DNA of 64,000 bases from contig CBDCXM010000009.1 in the NCBI GenBank assembly GCA_965223855.1, positions 1,664,001 through 1,728,000 of the forward strand. Reading direction: 5' to 3'. Position numbers and translations under genes: made by a program. Below are positions 57,953 to 64,000 of this stretch, piece by piece. The number at the start of each line of letters is the position of its first letter. Position 1 is the first letter of the stretch. The notes below the pieces were generated by a model. That model worked only from the letters and a program-made list of their open reading frames with translations. It did not search any database and was not told the origin of the DNA. The stretch is from Candidatus Multivoradales bacterium (GTDB taxonomy: Bacteria > Acidobacteriota > Thermoanaerobaculia > Multivoradales > JAHEKO01).

Positions 57953-59677
57953 ATGATCGCCGACGTGAACAGAGTGCTCCTCGCAGTCCTGCTGGTGACG
58001 CCGATGCTCGCCTGCGCCTCGGCATCGCCGACGCCGCAGGTGCGTCAGACCTACTCACCGATCGAGACCGACGCCTCTGTCGACGCCGGGGAGCCGGTGG
58101 CCGAGCTGGCGCCGGCGGAGGCCGTTCCGGTCGACGCCTTCACCGACGAGGAGGCACCGCCGTCGGCGGAAGAGGTGCTGCGCCAGTCGCTCGAGGCGTA
58201 CGAATCCGCCGAGAGCTTCTGGATGGAGGGCGCCTACGAGGACGCCTTCGACGCGCTCGATCGAGCCTACGAGTTGATGGCGGGTGTCGATGCCGACGGG
58301 GAGGCGCTACTGGCCCAGGAGAAGCAGGACCTGCGGCGGCTGATCTCCCGCAAGGTCACCGAGATCTACGCTTCGCAGCGGACGGTGGTCGGCGACTACA
58401 CCGGTTCGATTCCGCTCGACGTCAACAGCTACGTCGAGCGCGAGATCGCCAGCTTCCAGGGGCCCGAGCGGGCATCGTTCCTCGAGGGGTACCGCCGCTC
58501 GGGCTGGTACCGGGAGCAGATCCTCGCCAGTCTGCGCGAGGAAGGGATGCCTGAGGAGCTCGTCTGGCTGCCGATGGTCGAGAGCTGGTTCAAGGTGCGG
58601 GCGTTGTCGCGTGCCCGCGCTCTCGGCATGTGGCAGTTCATCCCGTCGACCGGCTACCGCTACGGCCTCAAGCGCACCTCCGACATCGACGAACGGATGG
58701 ATCCGGCCAAGTCGACGCGAGCGGCACTCGCCTATCTGAGCGATCTTCACGCGCTCTTCGGCGACTGGCTGACCGCGATCGCCGCCTACAACTGCGGCGA
58801 GGCGCGGGTGCAGCGGCTGCTCCGGCAGCAGAGCGAGGGGTATTTCGACCAGTTCTGGGATCTCTACGAGAGGCTGCCGCGCGAGACGCGGCGCTACGTT
58901 CCGCGCTTCATCGCCACGGTGCGGATCCTCTCGGACCCGGCCGCCTACGGCTTCTCCGACCTCCCGGCGCCGCTTTCGCCGATGGAACTCGAACGGATCG
59001 AGACCAGGTCGAGGGTCCGGCTCGCCGACCTGGATCGACAGCTCGGTCTGCCCGAAGGGTCGCTCGCCGAGCTCAATCCGGAGCTGCGGCACAAGGCCAC
59101 TCCGGGCGGTCTCTACGAGCTGGCGGTGCCCACCCAGCGGGCGGAAGCGGCGCTGGCGAAGCTCGTCTCGATGCCCGAGGCCGCGCCGGCGGCTGCGGCA
59201 TCGGGCTCGGTCCACCTGGTCCGTCGAGGCGACACGCTCTCGAGCATCGCCCAGCGCTACGGCACGTCGGTGAACTCGCTGATGCGGCTCAACGGCATTC
59301 GCAACGCCAACCGGATCTCGCCGGGCCAGCGGCTGCAGGTCGACGGCACGGCCCCGGCCGCCGGCAGCTCGTCGGGGCAGCCGACGACCTACACCGTCCG
59401 TCGCGGGGACAGCCTGTGGATCATCGCCCGGCGCTTCGGCACGACGGTCGATCGGATTCAGCGCGACAACGGTCTGCGCGGGACGAACCTCACGCCCGGG
59501 CAGCGCCTCACCCTTGTCGCCGGCACCAGCGGACGCACCTACGTGGTTCGCAGAGGCGACACCCTCGGCAGGATCGCCAGCCGCAACCGCGTCTCGGTAC
59601 AGCGGCTGGCGCAGGTCAACGGCCTGACGCTGCGCAGCACGATCTATCCGGGGACCAGGCTGCGGATCCCCAACTAG
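57953..59677 (+). CDS. MltD-like lytic transglycosylase lipoprotein with three LysM domains
   Basis: Lipobox MLAC; VES, GMWQFI, AAYNCG, ETRRYVP; three VRRGD(T/S)L LysM repeats. Confidence 0.93.
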   Translation: MIADVNRVLLAVLLVTPMLACASASPTPQVRQTYSPIETDASVDAGEPVAELAPAEAVPVDAFTDEEAPPSAEEVLRQSLEAYESAESFWMEGAYEDAFDALDRAYELMAGVDADGEALLAQEKQDLRRLISRKVTEIYASQRTVVGDYTGSIPLDVNSYVEREIASFQGPERASFLEGYRRSGWYREQILASLREEGMPEELVWLPMVESWFKVRALSRARALGMWQFIPSTGYRYGLKRTSDIDERMDPAKSTRAALAYLSDLHALFGDWLTAIAAYNCGEARVQRLLRQQSEGYFDQFWDLYERLPRETRRYVPRFIATVRILSDPAAYGFSDLPAPLSPMELERIETRSRVRLADLDRQLGLPEGSLAELNPELRHKATPGGLYELAVPTQRAEAALAKLVSMPEAAPAAAASGSVHLVRRGDTLSSIAQRYGTSVNSLMRLNGIRNANRISPGQRLQVDGTAPAAGSSSGQPTTYTVRRGDSLWIIARRFGTTVDRIQRDNGLRGTNLTPGQRLTLVAGTSGRTYVVRRGDTLGRIASRNRVSVQRLAQVNGLTLRSTIYPGTRLRIPN

Positions 59678-59774
59678 CCTGAACCTGGCCGCCTGCAGAA
59701 CTCGGGCGAATCGAGGACGGCCCGGACCCGACTGAGCTGGTAGCCTCGGCGCCTCACGTTGGAAAGGAGTGCGC

Positions 59775-60305
59775 ATGAAGCCCATCCGTTCGATCCTGTG
59801 GCTGTCGGTGCTCGCCGTCGTCGCTGCTCCGACGATTGCCGCCGAGAGTGGTCCTCAGGCCGTCTTCGAGAAGCTCAAGGCGATGGAGGGAAGCTGGGTT
59901 GCCCACGCCGAGGCACTCGACGGCCACGAGGCGGCTCCCGACGAGTCGGGCCGGCACGACTTCCGCGTCTCCGCCAACGGCACGGTGGTCATGGAGATCA
60001 TGAATCCCGACCATCCGCACGAGATGATCAACATGTACTCGATGGACGGCGACGACCTGGTGCTCACCCACTACTGCTCGAGCGGCAACCAGCCGGTGAT
60101 GAAGCTCGACGCGGATTCGCTCGCCGACGGCCGAGCGGCGTTCGACTACGTCGGTGGAGCCAATCTCGACCCGGCGGTCGACATGCACATCCATGCGACG
60201 ACCCTCGTCTTCGGTGACGACGGCTCGGTGGTCGAGGACTGGGTCGGCTGGTCGGACGGCGAGCCGGCGGGGACGATGCGCTTCACCCTGTCGCGCGGCG
60301 AGTAG
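59775..60305 (+). CDS. Secreted hypothetical protein
   Basis: AAGGAG RBS, signal peptide, EMINMY..DGDDLVLTHYCSSGNQP motif. Confidence 0.8.
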   Translation: MKPIRSILWLSVLAVVAAPTIAAESGPQAVFEKLKAMEGSWVAHAEALDGHEAAPDESGRHDFRVSANGTVVMEIMNPDHPHEMINMYSMDGDDLVLTHYCSSGNQPVMKLDADSLADGRAAFDYVGGANLDPAVDMHIHATTLVFGDDGSVVEDWVGWSDGEPAGTMRFTLSRGE

Positions 60306-60323
60306 GCGGCCAGGCAGCCGTCA

Positions 60324-60836
60324 GTGGACGTCGCGGCGCTCATCGACGAGCTGGGGCGGGGCGGCCGCGCGCTGGTGAGCGCGCTCGGAGGGCTCTCCGC
60401 CGGGCAGGCGGCGTGGAAGCCGGACTCCACGAGCTGGTCGGCACTCGAGGTGGCGGCGCATCTGCTCGACGAAGAGCGCAAGGACTTTCGCGTCCGCCTC
60501 GCTCTCGTCCTCGAGGATCCCGGGAAGCCGTGGCCGCCGATCGACCCGGAAGGGTGGGTGCGTGAGCACGACTACGCCTCGTGGTCGCTCGAGGAGACGG
60601 TAACCGCCTTTGCCGACGAGCGAGCCTCGTCGATCGACTGGCTCTCCGGCCTCGGCGAGGTCGATTGGGAGCGGCGGCGGGACCATCCGCAGCTGGGGCC
60701 GCTGGCGGCCGGTGACCTCCTCGTTGCCTGGGTCGCTCACGACGCGCTCCACCTGCGGCAGCTGGCGCGCCTGCACCACGGCAGGGTGAGCGAAGCGGGA
60801 CGGCCGTTCTCGAGCAGCTACGCCGGGCCGTGGTGA
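60324..60836 (+). CDS. DinB family protein
   Basis: WSALEVAAHL.DEE, WVAHDALHLRQ. Confidence 0.9.
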   Translation: MDVAALIDELGRGGRALVSALGGLSAGQAAWKPDSTSWSALEVAAHLLDEERKDFRVRLALVLEDPGKPWPPIDPEGWVREHDYASWSLEETVTAFADERASSIDWLSGLGEVDWERRRDHPQLGPLAAGDLLVAWVAHDALHLRQLARLHHGRVSEAGRPFSSSYAGPW

Positions 60837-60891
60837 GCCGGCCGCCGCGAAAGCGCTGCCGGAGGTAGCGATCTACAGTCTCGGACTGCTC

Positions 60892-61158
60892 GTGGCGCTG
60901 GTGCTGACGGCGTCGGGTGCCCTGCTCGGGCTGCTGCCGGACCGGAGGCGCTTCTCGAGCGGTCGCCGGTGGGCCTGTGGCCTCACCGTCACCGCCCTGG
61001 TGGTGCTCGCCGCCTCGTCTCTCGGGCATGCCGTTCTTTCGCATGGTGCCGCCTCGCCGGAGCCCCTCGGCGGGGCCGGATGGCTGCGTGAGCATCGGCT
61101 GCCCCCGGTGCTGGTATCCGTTCAACTCCTGATGGTCTGGCTGCTGCGCCGCGAGTGA
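60892..61158 (+). CDS. Small hypothetical membrane protein (start uncertain)
   Basis: Hydrophobic ORF filling the gap between DinB and moeA. Confidence 0.45.
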   Translation: MALVLTASGALLGLLPDRRRFSSGRRWACGLTVTALVVLAASSLGHAVLSHGAASPEPLGGAGWLREHRLPPVLVSVQLLMVWLLRRE

Positions 61159-61180
61159 GCGGGCACGCGGCCGGTCCGGG

Positions 61181-62380
61181 TCAGGAGGGGAGGGGGAGCC
61201 ACTCGCAGCGATCGCCCGGCTCGGCGGCCGGCCGGCCGGCCGGGGCGCGGACGAGCGCGTCGGCGCGTCCGAAGCTCGCGAGGTCGTGGGAACCGGCCGG
61301 TCGCAACGGTGTGACCCGTGCCTCGCCTCCCTCGACGACGACCTGCGCGGGGAGGAACCGGTCGAGCCTTCCACCCTCCCGCAGCGGGCCGGTCAGTACG
61401 CCGCCCGAGGCGCCGTGCCAGAAACCGTCGTCGAAACCGAGCAGTCTTCTCAGGACGGGTCGGACGAACAGGGTGTAGGTCGCCATCACCGAGTTCGGGT
61501 TGCCCGGCAGCCCGAACGCCCAGCCGCCCGAGTGGCGCGCCGCCAGCAGTGGCTTGCCGGGCTGGATGGCAACGCCGTGCCAGACGATCTCGCAACCGGC
61601 TGCCAGGAGCGCGGGTTCGACATGGTCGAAGGCGCCCATCGACACCCCGCCGCCGAGGATCAGGACGTCGTGCTCCAGACCGCGTCGGATCCGGCGCGCG
61701 AGCTCTGCCGGGTCGTCGGGAGCGATGCCCAGCAGGGCGAACTCGAGGCGCAGCTCGCGCCCGGCGGCGGCGAGGAAGTCGCTGTGGGAGTCGCGCAACT
61801 GCCCCGGGCCGGGCTCGACCTCGGGCGGCACGACCTCGTCTCCGGTGGTGACGACCGCTACCGACGGCGGGCGGTGCACCGTCACCTCCCTGATGCCGTG
61901 AGTCGCCAGGTTGGCGAGCGCCGTGGCGCCGAGCGGCAGACCGGGGGGCAGGAGCGGGTCGCCGGCGCGCAGTACCTCGCCGGCGCGCCGGATGTGGGCG
62001 CCGCTCGGAGGCGGGGCGAGGACTCGCACCTCCGCGGTGCCTGCGTCGGTGTCTTCGATCGGCACGACGCGATCGATCCCCTCGGGAACGGGAGCGCCGG
62101 TCATGATGCGCACCGCCGTGCCGGGCTCGGCGCGGTGGCCCGGCGCGTCCCCCGCCGCGACGGTCGCGCTGACCCGGTAGCGCTCCCGAGTGGTCGCAGG
62201 CAGGCCGTAGCCGTCCATCGCCGAGACGTCGGCGGCCGGGATGTCCACCGTCGCCGTCACCCCGCGAGCCAGCACTCGGCCGAGCGCTTGCGGGCGCTCG
62301 ACGGCGAGCGGTTCGAGCGGACGCAGTCGAGCGTCGAGTGCCGCCCACGCCTCTGCTGCCGGAAGAAGGGGACGGTCCAT
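61181..62380 (-). CDS. moeA: Molybdopterin molybdotransferase
   Basis: SAMDGY, RIMTGAPVP, TTGDEV, GGVSMGAFD, QPGKP, GLPGNP. Confidence 0.95.
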   Translation of the reverse strand: MDRPLLPAAEAWAALDARLRPLEPLAVERPQALGRVLARGVTATVDIPAADVSAMDGYGLPATTRERYRVSATVAAGDAPGHRAEPGTAVRIMTGAPVPEGIDRVVPIEDTDAGTAEVRVLAPPPSGAHIRRAGEVLRAGDPLLPPGLPLGATALANLATHGIREVTVHRPPSVAVVTTGDEVVPPEVEPGPGQLRDSHSDFLAAAGRELRLEFALLGIAPDDPAELARRIRRGLEHDVLILGGGVSMGAFDHVEPALLAAGCEIVWHGVAIQPGKPLLAARHSGGWAFGLPGNPNSVMATYTLFVRPVLRRLLGFDDGFWHGASGGVLTGPLREGGRLDRFLPAQVVVEGGEARVTPLRPAGSHDLASFGRADALVRAPAGRPAAEPGDRCEWLPLPS

Positions 62381-62530
62381 CGTCAGCGGGAGATCGGCGT
62401 CGCGGGGTTCATTGTGGAAGGGAGCATAGTGGGAGGGACTCGACCATGACAAAAATCAGTGCTACCATCAGCCGAAAATTCGGCGCCAACGTAGCTTCAA
62501 AGCGAAGGCCTGCCGAAGTCCGACGAGGCG

Positions 62531-63331
62531 ATGGTCATGAGGCCCCAGCAAATCGACAGCAAGCCCAGGCACTTCCAGTACCACGGCGACCTGGCGGAGA
62601 CGCCTTTGCCCGAGATTCTGGCTCGCGTGGCGCACTTCGACCTGCCGGGCCGCCTGGAGGCGGTCAAGGACGACCAGTCGACCGAGATCTTCGTTCGTGA
62701 CGGCCATGTGATTCACGCCCGCTCGTCCGACCTGAGCAACAGCCTCGGTGTCTACCTGCGGCGCGTCGGGCGGCTGTCTCAGGACGAGTTCCGCCGCGTG
62801 ATGAGGATGCGTCGCGAGTCTTCGGATCGGCTCGGGGGGCTGCTCATCGAGGAGGGGCTGATGTCCCCGCAGGAAGTCCGGGAGGCTATCGTGCATCAGA
62901 GCGAGCAGATCGTCTGGTCGCTCTTCTCCTGGTGGCGAGGTGAGCTGACGTTCAAGATCGGGCCGTGGGATCCGGTCGACATGACGCCGATCCATCTGTC
63001 TCTCAGCCGGGTGATCATCGACGGCATCAAGCGGGAGTCGGACGTCCGGCCGCTGATCGGTCGGATCGGCGGGCGGGCGACGGTGCTCGAGCCGACCTTC
63101 ACCGTCGAGGACACCGTGCTCCACGGTCTCGATGCCGACGACTTCAAGCTGCTGTCGATGGTCGATTCCAAACGGTCGCTCTTCGAACTCTGCGCCGAAG
63201 GGCCGCGGACCGGCAAGGACAACGCTCGCGGGCTCTATGCCTTCTACGTTCTGGGCCTGGTCAAGCCGGTAGGTGGCGAAGTGCCGGAGCGTTCGACGCA
63301 GTTGCGCACGATTCGCCCCGCTCGCGACTGA
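62531..63331 (+). CDS. DUF4388 (PatA_N-like) domain protein
   Basis: GDLAETPLPEIL, IFVRDGHVIHA, LGGLLIEEG, LFSWWRGELTF. Confidence 0.82.
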   Translation: MVMRPQQIDSKPRHFQYHGDLAETPLPEILARVAHFDLPGRLEAVKDDQSTEIFVRDGHVIHARSSDLSNSLGVYLRRVGRLSQDEFRRVMRMRRESSDRLGGLLIEEGLMSPQEVREAIVHQSEQIVWSLFSWWRGELTFKIGPWDPVDMTPIHLSLSRVIIDGIKRESDVRPLIGRIGGRATVLEPTFTVEDTVLHGLDADDFKLLSMVDSKRSLFELCAEGPRTGKDNARGLYAFYVLGLVKPVGGEVPERSTQLRTIRPARD

Positions 63332-63454
63332 GAAGCCCGCCCTCGCGCGAGTTGCGGCCGGGATACCGCCGACGGAAGGCTGCAGCGGTGCCGTTCGCTG
63401 CTGTAGGATTCGCGCCCGAGCGGAGCCCGCCGGCATCCGTCTCCCACCTCCACC

Positions 63455-63826
63455 ATGCCGATCTACGAGTATCAGTGTGTCGATTGCGGCCAGCGCATCG
63501 AGAGGCTTCAGCGCCTCGACGACCCCGGCCCCGAAGCCTGCGACGCCTGCGGCGGGCGGATGGAACGGGCGGTCTCGGCTCCGGCGTTCCAGTTCAAGGG
63601 GACCGGCTGGTACGTCACAGACTACGCGGATCGCAAGTCGGCCGGATCGGACGGCGACGCCAAGTCGGACGGCGGCAAGGGTGGTGACTCGGGCGGTGAC
63701 TCGGCCGGTGATTCGGGCGGCAAGTCAGGAGGCAAACCGGACGCTGCCGGAGGCGATTCCCAGGGGACTTCGACCCCCCCGAAGGACTCCGGCAAGTCGG
63801 GCGCCGCGACGAGCGCGAAAGACTGA
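63455..63826 (+). CDS. FmdB family zinc-ribbon regulatory protein
   Basis: MPIYEYQCVDCG...CDACGG...FKGTGWYVTDY with low-complexity Gly/Ser/Asp tail. Confidence 0.93.
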   Translation: MPIYEYQCVDCGQRIERLQRLDDPGPEACDACGGRMERAVSAPAFQFKGTGWYVTDYADRKSAGSDGDAKSDGGKGGDSGGDSAGDSGGKSGGKPDAAGGDSQGTSTPPKDSGKSGAATSAKD

Positions 63827-63861
63827 TTCCCGCTTTTCCTGCGTGCTACGCTGATTCCGGC

Positions 63862-64000
63862 ATGTCTGCGCCCACCGCATCGCAGGTCCTGGCGAGAGTC
63901 GGTCCGGCGCTCGAGCGCTTCTCGAAGGTGGTGCTGTGCCAGATCGTGAGGACGGAGGGGTCGACCCCCGGCACCGAGGGCTGGAAGCTCCTCGTCGATC
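63862..64000 (+). CDS. XdhC/CoxI family protein, N-terminal fragment (runs off window)
   Basis: Manual translation MSAPTASQVLARVGPALERFSKVVLCQIVRTEGSTPGTEGWKLLVD contains the GSTP...K.LV motif. Confidence 0.65.
   Translation, partial: MSAPTASQVLARVGPALERFSKVVLCQIVRTEGSTPGTEGWKLLVD

Noticed and set aside
63660-63735. Short tandem repeats (GGTGACTCGGGC-like)
   Set aside because: They encode the ordinary low-complexity Gly/Asp/Ser tail of the FmdB-family protein.

Overview
High-GC, gene-dense bacterial chromosome segment with about 60 CDS. I found no rRNA, tRNA, CRISPR array or intact transposase. Gene content (hopanoid cluster, TonB, DUF4388, ECF sigma, DinB proteins) suggests an Acidobacteriota-like or myxobacteria-like environmental organism; this is inference only. 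Most of the window is housekeeping or accessory metabolism: oligopeptidase B, apaG, a hopanoid/isoprenoid cluster (shc-hpnH-hpnA-hpnG-phosphatase-fni-squalene synthase), a UbiD/thioesterase/ThDP-enzyme/SDR block, RND and MFS efflux, two ArsR-SRPBCC pairs, ppc, dodecin, an ECF sigma/anti-sigma pair, an MltD-like transglycosylase and moeA. The standout is a three-gene putative RiPP locus at 47930-52342. It encodes (1) a 281-aa acidic precursor-like protein with 20 Cys, each followed within 3-8 residues by Ser/Thr, (2) a stand-alone phospho-Ser/Thr lyase-like protein and (3) a Ser/Thr kinase-LanC fusion with a CCG zinc motif. Together they look like a split class IV-like lanthipeptide synthetase with a protein-sized substrate and no adjacent protease or exporter. 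There are also two unexplained intergenic structures (a nested-hairpin inverted repeat at 4469-4817 and an 18-bp repeat cluster at 42075-42354) and four small frameshifts that are probably assembly errors. All family assignments come from motif recognition by eye, not database searches.
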